A stretch of DNA of 64,000 nt from the NCBI GenBank assembly GCA_963662945.1, contig OY759974.1:1728001-1792000 (forward strand). The letters run 5' to 3'. This document shows positions 42,167 to 52,394 of the stretch, piece after piece. Made by a program: the position numbers and the translations under genes. Numbering within the stretch: the first letter of the stretch is position 1; every line of letters begins with the position of its first letter. The notes under the pieces are model-generated. The model did not search any database, had not been told where the DNA came from, and saw nothing but the letters and a program-made list of their open reading frames with translations. The DNA comes from Arcobacteraceae bacterium. Lineage in GTDB: Bacteria > Campylobacterota > Campylobacteria > Campylobacterales > Arcobacteraceae.

Positions 42167-42448
42167 ATGGCAGATATTACAGATATCAAATCAATTGTTT
42201 ATACAGAAAAAACTATTGAGTTGCAAGAAAACGGTGTTATTGTTGTACAAACAAGCACTAGAATGACTAAAAATAGTTTAAAAGAAGTATTCAAAGAGTA
42301 TTTTGGAGTGACACCTACAAAAGTTAACTCTTTAAGACAAGAAGGTAAAGTTAAAAGATTTAGAGGAAGAGTTGGTGCAAGACCAGATTTCAAAAAATTC
42401 TATGTTACATTACCTGAGGGCGCTGAAATAGCGAACCTTTCAGCATAG
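42167..42448 (+). CDS. rplW: 50S ribosomal protein L23
   Basis: TEK, GKVKR, KKFYVTL; operon position. Confidence 0.96.
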   Translation: MADITDIKSIVYTEKTIELQENGVIVVQTSTRMTKNSLKEVFKEYFGVTPTKVNSLRQEGKVKRFRGRVGARPDFKKFYVTLPEGAEIANLSA

Positions 42449-42463
42449 TAGAGGGAGTAGAAA

Positions 42464-43291
42464 ATGGCAATTAAAAAATTTAGACCAATTACACCTGCAA
42501 GAAGATTTATGTCTGTTATGGATACTTCTGATATTACTTCAAAACCAACAGTTAGGAGTTTACTTGTAAACGTTAAAGCAACTGCTGGTAGAAATAGTAA
42601 CGGTAGAATTACATCAAGACACAGAGAAGCTGGTGCAAAAAAATTATACAGAATTATTGATTTTAAAAGAAATAAATTAAATGTTCCTGGAACAATCGCT
42701 ACTGTTGAGTACGATCCATACAGAAACTGTAGAATTTGTTTAGTGAACTATGCAGATGGTGAAAAAAGATATATCATTCAACCTTCAGGATTAAAAGTTG
42801 GTGCAACTATTGCAGCTGCTGAGTCTGGACTTGATATTTTACCAGGTAATGCAATGAAACTTGGAAGCATGCCAGTTGGTACAATGGTTCATAATATTGA
42901 ACTTAAACCAGGTAAAGGTGGACAAGTTGCAAGATCTGCTGGTGGATATGCGCAAGTTATGGGTAGAGAAGAAAAATATACTATTTTAAGACTTCCAAGT
43001 GGAGAGATGAGAAAAATTCTTTCTGTTTGTATGGCTACTGTTGGTATTGTTGGTAATGAAGATTTCTCAAATATGGTTATTGGTAAAGCTGGTCGACAAA
43101 GACATTTAGGTAAAAGACCACAAACTAGAGGTAGTGCAATGAACCCAATCGATCACCCACATGGTGGAGGTGAAGGTAAAACTAACTCAGGAAGACATCC
43201 AGTTACTCCATGGGGTATGCCAACTAAAGGTTATAAAACTAGAAAGAAAAAAGCTAGTGATAAACTAATCATTTCAAAAAGAAAGAAGTAA
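42464..43291 (+). CDS. rplB: 50S ribosomal protein L2
   Basis: [23 protein letters not shown]. Confidence 0.99.
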   Translation: MAIKKFRPITPARRFMSVMDTSDITSKPTVRSLLVNVKATAGRNSNGRITSRHREAGAKKLYRIIDFKRNKLNVPGTIATVEYDPYRNCRICLVNYADGEKRYIIQPSGLKVGATIAAAESGLDILPGNAMKLGSMPVGTMVHNIELKPGKGGQVARSAGGYAQVMGREEKYTILRLPSGEMRKILSVCMATVGIVGNEDFSNMVIGKAGRQRHLGKRPQTRGSAMNPIDHPHGGGEGKTNSGRHPVTPWGMPTKGYKTRKKKASDKLIISKRKK

Positions 43292-43301
43292 GGGTTAAGT
43301 A

Positions 43302-43580
43302 ATGGCAAGAAGTATAAAAAAAGGTCCATTTGTTGACGCTCATTTAGCAAAAAAAGTTGCTAAAGCAGTTGAATCAGGTGACAAAAAACCAATAAAAACT
43401 TGGTCAAGAAGAAGTATGGTTTTACCAGATATGATTGGTCTTACATTTAATGTACATAACGGTAGAAACTTTGTACCAGTTACAATTACAGAAAATCATA
43501 TTGGATACAAATTAGGTGAATTCGCACCAACTAGAACTTTTAAAGGTCATAAAGGTTCAGTACAAAGAAAGGTAGGTTAA
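43302..43580 (+). CDS. rpsS: 30S ribosomal protein S19
   Basis: [26 protein letters not shown]. Confidence 0.99.
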   Translation: MARSIKKGPFVDAHLAKKVAKAVESGDKKPIKTWSRRSMVLPDMIGLTFNVHNGRNFVPVTITENHIGYKLGEFAPTRTFKGHKGSVQRKVG

Positions 43581-43586
43581 TAGTAA

Positions 43587-43916
43587 ATGGGTAAAGCTAC
43601 ATTAAAATTTATAAGATTATCTCCTATCAAAGCTAGATTGGTTGCTAGAGAAGTTCAAGGTATGAATGCTGAAGTTGCAATCGCATCTTTAGAATTTACA
43701 CCAAACAAAGCTGCTGGAATCATCTCAAAAGTTATAGCTTCTGCAGTTGCAAACTCAGGTTTAGAGCCAGAAGAAGCAGTTGTAACAAGTTGTAGAGTTG
43801 ATAAAGGTCCAGTGTTAAAGAGATTTACACCAAGAGCAAGAGGTAGTGCTTCTCCAAAACATAAGCCAACAGCGCATATTTATGTTGAAGTAAACGCAAT
43901 TGAAGGAGACAAGTAA
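43587..43916 (+). CDS. rplV: 50S ribosomal protein L22
   Basis: [24 protein letters not shown]. Confidence 0.97.
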   Translation: MGKATLKFIRLSPIKARLVAREVQGMNAEVAIASLEFTPNKAAGIISKVIASAVANSGLEPEEAVVTSCRVDKGPVLKRFTPRARGSASPKHKPTAHIYVEVNAIEGDK

Positions 43917-44617
43917 TGGGTCAAAAAGTAAATCCTATTGGACTAAGATTAGGTATCAATAGAAACTGGGAAAGCAGATGGTTTCCAAACAAAGCTAAGA
44001 TGCCTGAAAATGTTGCAGAAGATAACAAAATAAGAAAGTTCGTTAAAAAAGAACTTTACTATGCTGGAGTTGCACAAACAATTATAGAAAGAACTACTAA
44101 AAAAGTTAGAGTTACTGTTGTTGCTGCAAGACCAGGTATTATCATCGGTAAAAAAGGTGCAGATGTTGAAAAACTAAAAAATAGTTTAAATGCATTAGTT
44201 GGAAAAGATATCGCTGTTAATATTAAAGAAGAAAGAAAACCTTTCCTTTCTGCTCAATTAGCTGCTGAAAACATTGGACAACAACTTGAGAGAAGGGTTG
44301 CATTTAGAAGAGCTATGAAAAGAGTTATGCAAAATGCAATTAAAGCTGGAGCAAAAGGTATTAAAGTATCTGTTTCAGGAAGACTTGGTGGAGCTGAGAT
44401 GGCTAGAACTGAATGGTATTTAGAGGGAAGAGTTCCTTTACATACTTTAAGAGCTAGAATTGATTATGGTTTCGCAGAAGGTCATACAACTTATGGATGT
44501 ATTGGTATTAAAGTTTGGATTTTCAAAGGTGAAGTTCTTGCAAAAGGAATTCCTGTTGAAAAAACTGAAGATGATAGCAATAAATCAAAAAGACCAACAA
44601 AAAGAAGAGGTAAATAA
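43916..44617 (+). CDS. rpsC: 30S ribosomal protein S3
   Basis: [23 protein letters not shown]. Confidence 0.99.
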   Translation: MGQKVNPIGLRLGINRNWESRWFPNKAKMPENVAEDNKIRKFVKKELYYAGVAQTIIERTTKKVRVTVVAARPGIIIGKKGADVEKLKNSLNALVGKDIAVNIKEERKPFLSAQLAAENIGQQLERRVAFRRAMKRVMQNAIKAGAKGIKVSVSGRLGGAEMARTEWYLEGRVPLHTLRARIDYGFAEGHTTYGCIGIKVWIFKGEVLAKGIPVEKTEDDSNKSKRPTKRRGK

Positions 44618-44619
44618 CC

Positions 44620-45045
44620 ATGTTAATGCCTAAAAGAACAAAATACAGAAAAGTAATGAAAGGTCGAAATAGAGGTACTTCTCATAGAGCTAACACTCTT
44701 GCGTACGGTGAATTTGGACTTAAAGCTTTAGAACATAGTAGAATTGATGCAAGACAAATCGAAGCATCGAGAATCTCTATGACAAGAAGAATGAACAGAC
44801 AAGGTAAAGTTTGGATTATGGTATTCCCACACAAACCTTTAACTAAAAGACCACTAGAAGTGAGAATGGGTAAAGGTAAAGGTCCAATTGAAAAGTATGT
44901 TATGAATATCAAACCAGGTAAAATTTGTTTTGAAATTGCTGGTGTACCAGAAGAGACTGCAAGAGCAGCTTTAGCATTAGCTCAAAGTAAACTTCCTTTT
45001 AAAACTAAGATAGTAACAAGAGAGGGTGAAAATGAATTATTCTGA
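44620..45045 (+). CDS. rplP: 50S ribosomal protein L16
   Basis: [18 protein letters not shown]. Confidence 0.98.
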   Translation: MLMPKRTKYRKVMKGRNRGTSHRANTLAYGEFGLKALEHSRIDARQIEASRISMTRRMNRQGKVWIMVFPHKPLTKRPLEVRMGKGKGPIEKYVMNIKPGKICFEIAGVPEETARAALALAQSKLPFKTKIVTREGENELF

Positions 45046-45217
45046 TATTAATGGAAAAACTTTACAAGAGTTAAATGATTTATTAAAAGAGAAAAAGGTG
45101 CTACTTTTTGAACTTAAACTTAAGTTAAAAACAATGCAATTAACAAATACAAGTGAATTAAGAGCTGTTAAAAAAGATATAGCTAAAATTCAAACTGCTA
45201 TTACAGCAGCTAAATAA
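45032..45217 (+). CDS. rpmC: 50S ribosomal protein L29
   Basis: [17 protein letters not shown] 45032. Confidence 0.95.
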   Translation: MNYSDINGKTLQELNDLLKEKKVLLFELKLKLKTMQLTNTSELRAVKKDIAKIQTAITAAK

Positions 45218-45234
45218 ACTGAAGGATTAAAATT

Positions 45235-45492
45235 ATGAGTACACATAAAAGAGAAATCCAAGGTGTTGTGGTAAAAAGATCTGGAGAAAAAACAGCTTCT
45301 GTTCTTGTAACAAGAAACGTTTTACACCCAAAATACCATAAGACTGTAAAAAGATTTAAAAAATATTTAATTCATGATGAAAGAAACGAATTAAATATTG
45401 GTGATACTGTGATAGCAGTTGAGTGTAGACCTTTATCAAAAACAAAGTCTTACAGATTAAAAACTATAGTATCAACAGGAGTTAACGTATGA
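45235..45492 (+). CDS. rpsQ: 30S ribosomal protein S17
   Basis: [15 protein letters not shown]. Confidence 0.97.
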   Translation: MSTHKREIQGVVVKRSGEKTASVLVTRNVLHPKYHKTVKRFKKYLIHDERNELNIGDTVIAVECRPLSKTKSYRLKTIVSTGVNV

Positions 45493-45857
45493 TTCAAAGT
45501 TTTACTAGATTAAATGTTGCTGATAATACTGGTGCTAAAGAGATTATGTGTATCAAAGTTCTTGGTGGAAGCCATAGAAGATACGCAACTGTTGGAGACG
45601 TTATTGTTGCATCAGTTAAAAAAGCATTACCAGTTGGTAAAGTTAAAAGAGGTGCTGTTGTTAAGGCTGTTATCGTTAGAACTCACAAAGAGGTTCAAAG
45701 AGAAAATGGATCTTTAATTAGATTTGATGATAATGCAGCGGTTATTCTTAACGATAAAAGAGAACCAATAGGAACAAGAATCTTTGGACCAGTAGCGAGA
45801 GAAGTTAGATATGCTGGATTTATGAAAATTGTTTCACTAGCTCCGGAGGTATTATAA
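45489..45857 (+). CDS. rplN: 50S ribosomal protein L14
   Basis: [28 protein letters not shown]. Confidence 0.99.
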   Translation: MIQSFTRLNVADNTGAKEIMCIKVLGGSHRRYATVGDVIVASVKKALPVGKVKRGAVVKAVIVRTHKEVQRENGSLIRFDDNAAVILNDKREPIGTRIFGPVAREVRYAGFMKIVSLAPEVL

Positions 45858-46087
45858 TGGCAATGAAGATTAAAAAAGGTGATACTGTAAAAATTATCGC
45901 TGGTGATGACAAAGGTAAAACTGGTGAAGTTTTAGCTTGTTTCCCAAAAACAGGTAAAGTTATAGTTAAAGATTGTAAAATTGCTAAAAAAACAGTAAAA
46001 CCATCAGAAGAAAATAAAGATGGTGGATTTGTTAACAAAGAGATGCCAATAGATATCTCTAATGTAGCAAAAGTAGAAGGTGAGTAA
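45857..46087 (+). CDS. rplX: 50S ribosomal protein L24
   Basis: [23 protein letters not shown]. Confidence 0.97.
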   Translation: MAMKIKKGDTVKIIAGDDKGKTGEVLACFPKTGKVIVKDCKIAKKTVKPSEENKDGGFVNKEMPIDISNVAKVEGE

Positions 46088-46088
46088 G

Positions 46089-46637
46089 ATGGCAGCTAGA
46101 TTATATGAAAAATATAAAACTGAAGTTAAACCAGTTTTAGAAACTGAGTTTCCTCAGAATAAAACGTTAACTGCAGCAGTAGAGAAAGTAACTATATCTG
46201 TTGGTACAGGTTTTGCTATGAAAGATAGTAAACTTATCCAAAACATTACAGATACTATCTCTTTAATTGCAGGTCAAAAAGCTGTAGTTGTTAAATCTAA
46301 AAAATCTGTTGCTGGATTTAAAGTAAGAGAAGATATGCCTGTTGGTGTAAAAGTAACTTTAAGAAGTGATAGAATGTATGAATTTTTAGATAAATTATGT
46401 ACAATTGCACTTCCAAGAGTTAAAGACTTTAGAGGTCTTGATAAAAATGGTTTTGATGGATCAGGTAACTTTAACTTTGGTTTAGATGAGCAATTAATGT
46501 TCCCAGAAGTTGAGTTTGATAATATTATCCAAACACATGGTATGAATATTTCTATTACAACAACAACAAGTAGTGATGAGCAATCATACAGATTGTTAGA
46601 ATTAATGGGTATACCATTTACTAAAGGGAGAGCGTAA
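46089..46637 (+). CDS. rplE: 50S ribosomal protein L5
   Basis: [23 protein letters not shown] 46089. Confidence 0.97.
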   Translation: MAARLYEKYKTEVKPVLETEFPQNKTLTAAVEKVTISVGTGFAMKDSKLIQNITDTISLIAGQKAVVVKSKKSVAGFKVREDMPVGVKVTLRSDRMYEFLDKLCTIALPRVKDFRGLDKNGFDGSGNFNFGLDEQLMFPEVEFDNIIQTHGMNISITTTTSSDEQSYRLLELMGIPFTKGRA

Positions 46638-46822
46638 TGGCAAAGAAGTCAATGATTGCAAAGCAACAAAGAGCACCTAAGTTTTCTAGTAGAGCTTACA
46701 CAAGATGTTCTGTTTGTGGTAGACCAAAATCTGTTTATAGAGATTTTGGACTTTGTAGAGTATGTTTAAGAAAAATGGCTAATGAAGGTTTAATACCTGG
46801 TATTAGAAAATCTAGCTGGTAA
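46637..46822 (+). CDS. rpsN: 30S ribosomal protein S14 (zinc-binding type Z)
   Basis: CSVCGRP...CRVC. Confidence 0.97.
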   Translation: MAKKSMIAKQQRAPKFSSRAYTRCSVCGRPKSVYRDFGLCRVCLRKMANEGLIPGIRKSSW

Positions 46823-46847
46823 GCTAAAAATTTAAGGAAAAAAGCCC

Positions 46848-47246
46848 ATGATGAATGATTTAATCGCAGACGCTTTAACAAGAATCAGAAATGCTGCAAT
46901 GAGAAAGTTAGAAACAACTACTCTTGTACATTCTAATACTGTAGAAGCTGTTTGTAATGTTTTAAAAGAAAAAGAGTATATAGAAGATTACAAAGTAGTT
47001 GATACAGATCCAAAGAAAAAAACTATATCAGTTACATTAAAATATGATGATAATGAAAAAAGTGTTATCAACGAATTAAAAAGAATTTCTAAGTCAGGTA
47101 GAAGAATTTACAAAAATGCTTCTGAACTTAAAAGTTTTAAAAATGGATACGGAACAATTATAGTAAGTACTAACAAAGGTATTATAAGCAATGATGAAGC
47201 TTATAAGCAAAATGTTGGTGGCGAAGTACTTTGTTCGGTTTGGTAA
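46848..47246 (+). CDS. rpsH: 30S ribosomal protein S8
   Basis: [22 protein letters not shown]. Confidence 0.98.
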   Translation: MMNDLIADALTRIRNAAMRKLETTTLVHSNTVEAVCNVLKEKEYIEDYKVVDTDPKKKTISVTLKYDDNEKSVINELKRISKSGRRIYKNASELKSFKNGYGTIIVSTNKGIISNDEAYKQNVGGEVLCSVW

Positions 47247-47255
47247 GGAGTAGTT

Positions 47256-47792
47256 ATGTCAAGAATTGGTAAAAAAGCTATAGAGATACCAAAAGGTATA
47301 GAAGTTTCAGTAAATGATACACTTATTACAGTTAAAAAAGGTAACAAATCTATTGATGTAGAAACACACGGTAGAGTTGGTGTTGAAGTAGCTGATAATA
47401 GTATTAATTTTTCACTTAAAGGTGAAGAGTCTCAAGATAAAGCATATTGGGGAACATATAGAGCTTTAACAAACAATGCAGTAATTGGTTTAAATGAAGG
47501 TTTTACAAAAAACTTAGAAATCAATGGTGTTGGTTATAGAGCTGCTGTAAAAGGAAATATTTTAGAATTACAATTAGGATTTTCTCACCCAATTAACTTT
47601 GAAATTCCAAGTGATATTGAAATTGCTGTGGAAAAAAACGTTATCAGTATCAAAGGTAGTAGCAAACAAGAAGTTGGACAAGTTGCTGCAAAAATTAGAG
47701 GTTTTAGACCACCAGAGCCATACAAAGGTAAAGGTGTGAAGTATTCTGACGAGCATATCATCAGAAAAGCCGGTAAAACAGCTAAGAAGTAG
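47256..47792 (+). CDS. rplF: 50S ribosomal protein L6
   Basis: [20 protein letters not shown]. Confidence 0.98.
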   Translation: MSRIGKKAIEIPKGIEVSVNDTLITVKKGNKSIDVETHGRVGVEVADNSINFSLKGEESQDKAYWGTYRALTNNAVIGLNEGFTKNLEINGVGYRAAVKGNILELQLGFSHPINFEIPSDIEIAVEKNVISIKGSSKQEVGQVAAKIRGFRPPEPYKGKGVKYSDEHIIRKAGKTAKK

Positions 47793-47804
47793 GGGTATAA
47801 AAAT

Positions 47805-48164
47805 ATGAGTAGAGCAAAAGATTTATTAAGAAGAGATGCCTTAAGATTAAGAAGAAAAAAAAGAGTTAGAGGTAAAGTTAACGGTGACGTTACAAAACCA
47901 AGATTAACTGTTTTTAAATCAAACAAATATTTTTATGCACAAGCTATAGATGATATAGCTGGTACTACATTAGCTTCAGCTGATAGTAGAGCGTTAAAAT
48001 TAACTGTGAGTAGAGAAAGTGTTGTAAAAGTTGCAGCTGCATTAGCTGAAACTTTAAAATCAAAAAATATTGAAACAGTAGTTTTTGATAAAAATGGATA
48101 CCTTTATCATGGTGTTGTAAAAGCTTTTGCTGATGCACTAAGAGATAATGGTATTAAATTATAA
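47805..48164 (+). CDS. rplR: 50S ribosomal protein L18
   Basis: PRLTVFKSN, YAQAIDD, YHG. Confidence 0.97.
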   Translation: MSRAKDLLRRDALRLRRKKRVRGKVNGDVTKPRLTVFKSNKYFYAQAIDDIAGTTLASADSRALKLTVSRESVVKVAAALAETLKSKNIETVVFDKNGYLYHGVVKAFADALRDNGIKL

Positions 48165-48170
48165 GGGGCA

Positions 48171-48614
48171 ATGATGGCAATTAATAGAGATGATTTCGAA
48201 GAAGCTATCGTTAAGATTGGTAGAGTTACAAAAGTTGCTAAGGGTGGTAGAAGATTTAGATTTACTGCTTTAGTTGTTGTTGGTGATAAAAAAGGAACAG
48301 TTGGTTTTGGTGTAGGTAAAGCTAAAGAGGTTCCAGACGCTATTAAAAAAGCACTTGATGATGCATTTAAATCATTAGTTAAAGTTAACCTAAATGGTAG
48401 TACAATTAACCATGATATTGAATATAAGTATAATTCAAGTAAAATATTATTAAAACCAGCTAGCGAGGGTACAGGACTTATCGCTGGAGGTGCTGCTAGA
48501 CCAGTTCTAGAACTTGCAGGTGTTACTGATATTATTGCTAAGTCATTAGGTTCAAACAATCCTAACAACCTTGTTCAAGCTACAGTTGAAGCACTAGCTA
48601 AGATAAAAGGATAG
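48171..48614 (+). CDS. rpsE: 30S ribosomal protein S5
   Basis: [25 protein letters not shown]. Confidence 0.98.
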   Translation: MMAINRDDFEEAIVKIGRVTKVAKGGRRFRFTALVVVGDKKGTVGFGVGKAKEVPDAIKKALDDAFKSLVKVNLNGSTINHDIEYKYNSSKILLKPASEGTGLIAGGAARPVLELAGVTDIIAKSLGSNNPNNLVQATVEALAKIKG

Positions 48615-48617
48615 AAT

Positions 48618-49019
48618 ATGTCAATTTTACATGATTTACAACCAGCTGATGGTAGTACAAAAAATAGAAAAAGAGTAGGTAGAGGTCAAGGTTCAGGAAT
48701 GGGTAAGACTTCTACAAGAGGTCAAAAAGGTCAAAAGTCTAGATCTGGTTACAAGATTAAAAGACACTTTGAAGGTGGGCAAATGCCACTTCAAAAAAGA
48801 ACACCTAAAATTGGATTTTACTCAAGAGCAAATAAACCTTACTCTATCAATGTTGATAAAGTAAAAAAAGTTGCAAATCTTGAAGAGATCACAATGGAAA
48901 CAATTAGATCTGTTTATAAATTATCTAAAGATGTAACTAAAGTTAAACTTATAGGTTCAACTGTAAGTGAACTTGCATCTAAGATAAAAGATGAAAATGT
49001 AACAACAACTGGTAAATAA
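48618..49019 (+). CDS. rplO: 50S ribosomal protein L15
   Basis: [20 protein letters not shown]. Confidence 0.98.
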   Translation: MSILHDLQPADGSTKNRKRVGRGQGSGMGKTSTRGQKGQKSRSGYKIKRHFEGGQMPLQKRTPKIGFYSRANKPYSINVDKVKKVANLEEITMETIRSVYKLSKDVTKVKLIGSTVSELASKIKDENVTTTGK

Positions 49020-49024
49020 AACTT

Positions 49025-50287
49025 ATGAATAAAGATTTATTAAATAAAATTTTAATTACATTAGGTTTTATTTTAATATACAGGGTACTGGCTTATGTTC
49101 CAGTACCTGGTGTTGATTTAACTGTTGTAAAAGAATTCTTCGACACAAACTCAAACAATGCACTTGGTCTGGTTAATATGTTCAGTGGTAACGCTGTTGA
49201 AAGACTAAGTATAATCTCACTTGGTATCATGCCATATATTACAGCTTCAATTATTATGGAACTACTTGCAGCAACATTTCCAGCTCTTGGTAAAATGAAA
49301 AAAGAGCGAGATGGTATGCAAAAATATATGCAAATTATTAGATATGCAACAATAGGTATTACATTTGTTCAAGCAATAGGTGTATCTATGGGACTTAATT
49401 CTTTAACAGGAACAGCTGGTCAAAGTGCTATAATGATTGATATGGATACATTTGTTGCAGTTGCTACAATCTCAATGATTGCTGGTACTATGATGTTAAT
49501 GTGGATTGGTGAGCAAATTACACAAAGAGGTATTGGAAACGGTATATCTTTAATTATTTTTGCAGGTATAGTTTCTGCAATCCCAAGTGCAATTGGTGGT
49601 ACAATTGATTTAGTTAATAACGGTCAAATGAGCTTTTTAGTAGTTATAGCAATATTAGTTGTTATTTTAGCTACAGTTGGAGCTATTATCTATGTTGAAT
49701 TAGGTGAGAGAAGAGTACCTGTTTCATATAGTAGAAAAGTTATTATGCAAAATCAAAATAAAAAAATTATGAATTACATTCCTATAAAAGTAAATTTAAG
49801 TGGTGTAATTCCAGTAATTTTTGCAAGTGCTATTTTAATGTTCCCTGCAACAATTTTGCAAGGTACTCAAAATGCAACGTTAATAGCTATTTCTGATTAT
49901 CTAAATCCAAATAGTTATACTTTTAATTTATTAACATTTTTATTTGTTGTATTTTTTGCATATTTCTATGCTTCAATTACATTTAATGCAAAAGACATAT
50001 CAGAAAATTTAAAAAAACAAGGTGGTTTTATTCCAGGTATTAGACCAGGAACAGGAACAGCTGAATTTTTAAATGAAACAGCAAGTAGATTAACTCTTTG
50101 GGGTTCTGTTTATCTAGGTATGATAGCAACTGTACCTTGGCTTATTGTAAAAGCTATGGGTGTTCCATTTTTCTTTGGAGGAACAGCAGTTTTAATTGTT
50201 GTTCAAGTTGCAATTGATACTATGAGAAAAATAGAAGCTCAGCAATATACTAATAAATACAACACTCTTAGTGCTGTCGGTTTATAA
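49025..50287 (+). CDS. secY: Preprotein translocase subunit SecY
   Basis: LGIMPYITASII, GIGNGISL, IPGIRPG. Confidence 0.99.
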   Translation: MNKDLLNKILITLGFILIYRVLAYVPVPGVDLTVVKEFFDTNSNNALGLVNMFSGNAVERLSIISLGIMPYITASIIMELLAATFPALGKMKKERDGMQKYMQIIRYATIGITFVQAIGVSMGLNSLTGTAGQSAIMIDMDTFVAVATISMIAGTMMLMWIGEQITQRGIGNGISLIIFAGIVSAIPSAIGGTIDLVNNGQMSFLVVIAILVVILATVGAIIYVELGERRVPVSYSRKVIMQNQNKKIMNYIPIKVNLSGVIPVIFASAILMFPATILQGTQNATLIAISDYLNPNSYTFNLLTFLFVVFFAYFYASITFNAKDISENLKKQGGFIPGIRPGTGTAEFLNETASRLTLWGSVYLGMIATVPWLIVKAMGVPFFFGGTAVLIVVQVAIDTMRKIEAQQYTNKYNTLSAVGL

Positions 50288-50294
50288 TTAAACA

Positions 50295-51071
50295 ATGGCT
50301 ATTCCATTAAGAAAACCTCATGAAATTGAAAAACTTCGAACCGCAGGTCTTGCGGTTGCGAAGACTCTTAAATATCTTCAAGATAACGTAAAAGCAGGTA
50401 TGACACTATTAGAAGTAGATGCAATGGCTGAAAAGTGTTTAAATGATTTAGGTGCAAGAGCTGCATTTAAAGGTTTATATGGTTTCCCAGGTGCTATATG
50501 TACTTCTCTTAACGAAGTTGTAATTCATGGAATTCCTGATAACACAGTTTTAAAAGATGGAGATATTTTAGGTCTTGATATTGGTAGTGAGATTGATGGT
50601 TGGTATGGTGATGCTGCTATTACTATGCCAATTGGTACAATTAGTAAAGAAGATGAAGATCTAATTGCTTGTAGTAAAGATGCTTTATACTATGCAATTG
50701 ATATTATAAAGCAAGGTATGAGATTCAAAGAGTTAAGTTTGGCACTTGAAGAATTTATTTTAGGGCGTGGATATGTACCTTTAATAAAATTTTGTGGTCA
50801 TGGTATAGGGCGAGAGCCACATTGTGATCCTGAAGTACCAAATTATCTTGATAGTCCAAATGCAAAACAAGGTCCTAAAATAAAAAATGGAATGGTGTTT
50901 TGTATTGAGCCTATGATATGTCAAAAAGATGAAGAGCCAGTTATTGATCCAAAAGATAAATGGTCAGTGAGAAGTAGTGATGGTCTTAGAACAAGTCATT
51001 ATGAACATCAAGTTGCAATAGTAGATGGTAAAGCCCAAATACTTACACAAATAGAAGATAAGATAAATTAA
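50295..51071 (+). CDS. map: Methionine aminopeptidase type I
   Basis: SLNEVVIHGIP, GHGIG, IEPMI, HYEH. Confidence 0.97.
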   Translation: MAIPLRKPHEIEKLRTAGLAVAKTLKYLQDNVKAGMTLLEVDAMAEKCLNDLGARAAFKGLYGFPGAICTSLNEVVIHGIPDNTVLKDGDILGLDIGSEIDGWYGDAAITMPIGTISKEDEDLIACSKDALYYAIDIIKQGMRFKELSLALEEFILGRGYVPLIKFCGHGIGREPHCDPEVPNYLDSPNAKQGPKIKNGMVFCIEPMICQKDEEPVIDPKDKWSVRSSDGLRTSHYEHQVAIVDGKAQILTQIEDKIN

Positions 51072-51082
51072 AGGAATAATTG

Positions 51083-51301
51083 ATGGCTAAAGATGATGTA
51101 ATTGTTGTTGATGGTAAGGTTATTGAAGTTTTACCAAATGCAACATTTAGAGTTGAATTAGACAATGGTCATGTAGTATTATGTCACATCTCAGGAAAGA
51201 TGAGAATGCACTATATAAAAATACTCTTAGGAGATACAGTAAAAGTTGAGATTACACCTTACTCATTAGATAAAGGTAGAATTACTCATCGATATAAATA
51301 G
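51083..51301 (+). CDS. infA: Translation initiation factor IF-1
   Basis: [22 protein letters not shown]. Confidence 0.98.
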   Translation: MAKDDVIVVDGKVIEVLPNATFRVELDNGHVVLCHISGKMRMHYIKILLGDTVKVEITPYSLDKGRITHRYK

Positions 51302-51358
51302 TTTTATATAAAATAAAACTATTTATATAAATTTTAAAGTTGTAATCATTACAACTTT
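51292..51358. terminator. Two consecutive inverted repeats between convergent infA and HTH gene
   Basis: ATATAAATAGTTTTAT-N5-ATAAAACTATTTATAT (51292-51328) and AAAGTTGTAAT-C-ATTACAACTTT (51336-51358). Confidence 0.65.
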
Positions 51359-51390
51359 TCTTTTCAAATAAACAATCATTTTACAACTTA

Positions 51391-51621
51391 TTACGAAACT
51401 TTTTTCTGTTCTGTACTAATTCGATCTTCAAGTTTTTTCTTTTGATCTATTAAGAACATAATATTTTCTTTCAAAGCCGCTTTATGCTCATACGAATCTA
51501 TAATAAACTCATATAATTTAGGACGATTTTGCTTCCAGTTATGCAATGTTGTTTTATTTACCTCTAGGTCACTTTCTAGTTTTCTCAAACTTGGTCCGGT
51601 TTTTACGTTAGGTGCTGTCAT
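51391..51621 (-). CDS. Small HTH protein with C-terminal coiled coil (76 aa)
   Basis: ATG 51621 with AGGA RBS; SLRKLESDLEVNKTTLHNWK HTH-like pattern. Confidence 0.75.
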   Translation of the reverse strand: MTAPNVKTGPSLRKLESDLEVNKTTLHNWKQNRPKLYEFIIDSYEHKAALKENIMFLIDQKKKLEDRISTEQKKVS

Positions 51622-51650
51622 TTGATTCCTTGTGTTGATTTGTAGATAGA

Positions 51651-51713
51651 AGTGTACCAATTATTGGAACAAATGTCAAGTAAAATTATATAAATGTTCC
51701 AATAATTGGAACA
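51651..51713 (-). promoter_or_regulatory. Promoter TTGACA-N17-TACACT (51679-51651) with two 19-bp palindromic operators (51653-51671, 51695-51713)
   Basis: TGTACCAAT-T-ATTGGAACA and TGTTCCAAT-A-ATTGGAACA, 42 bp apart. Confidence 0.75.
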
Positions 51714-51758
51714 AAAGTTGATACAAGGGTAACTTTTGTATAATTCCTCGAGGTATTA

Positions 51759-52394
51759 ATGGTTAAAAAAAAGATAGTTCATTATTTAAATTTAAATAAG
51801 TGTTTTGGTATAGAATACTGTGAGCCACTCACATTTGATAAAAAAGTAAATTCTAATAGGGATTTACCAGATACGATAGAATCTCTTAATAATTATGTAG
51901 AATATTGTAATTTATGTGAGTTATCAAAACTTACAAAAAAGAAAACACTTGGATTTGGTAACAGAGATAGCAAGATTTATATTGTAGCTACATCTTGTGA
52001 TTTCCAAAATGAAAATATCTTAAAACTGTTAAAGTCAATTATTGAAAATATTTTAGAGTTAAATATTCAAGATGTTTATCTTACGAATTTAATTAAATGT
52101 GATATTCCATTACAAAACAATATAAATAATAATCATATCGATTTATGTAAAGAGTATTTTATAAAACAAGTTGATATAATTAGACCCAAGTTTATAATAG
52201 CTTTGGGTGATGTGTCTAGTTATTTATTGAAAAATGAAAACAATGTCTCTTATATATATGGTAATAGTTATGATTATAACGGTTTGAACTTTATACCAAT
52301 GCTAGATTTAGAGTATGTTTATAAAAATCCATCTTATCAAGATGAACTCTATAAAGATTTTAAAAAATTCAAAATATTAATGGGGCAAAAATGA
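51759..52394 (+). CDS. Uracil-DNA glycosylase family-4-like protein, catalytic motifs degenerate
   Basis: CNLCELSK, YLTNLIKC, C.EY..KQ..IIRPK.IIALG; GE(A/G)PG and HP motifs absent. Confidence 0.8.
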   Translation: MVKKKIVHYLNLNKCFGIEYCEPLTFDKKVNSNRDLPDTIESLNNYVEYCNLCELSKLTKKKTLGFGNRDSKIYIVATSCDFQNENILKLLKSIIENILELNIQDVYLTNLIKCDIPLQNNINNNHIDLCKEYFIKQVDIIRPKFIIALGDVSSYLLKNENNVSYIYGNSYDYNGLNFIPMLDLEYVYKNPSYQDELYKDFKKFKILMGQK

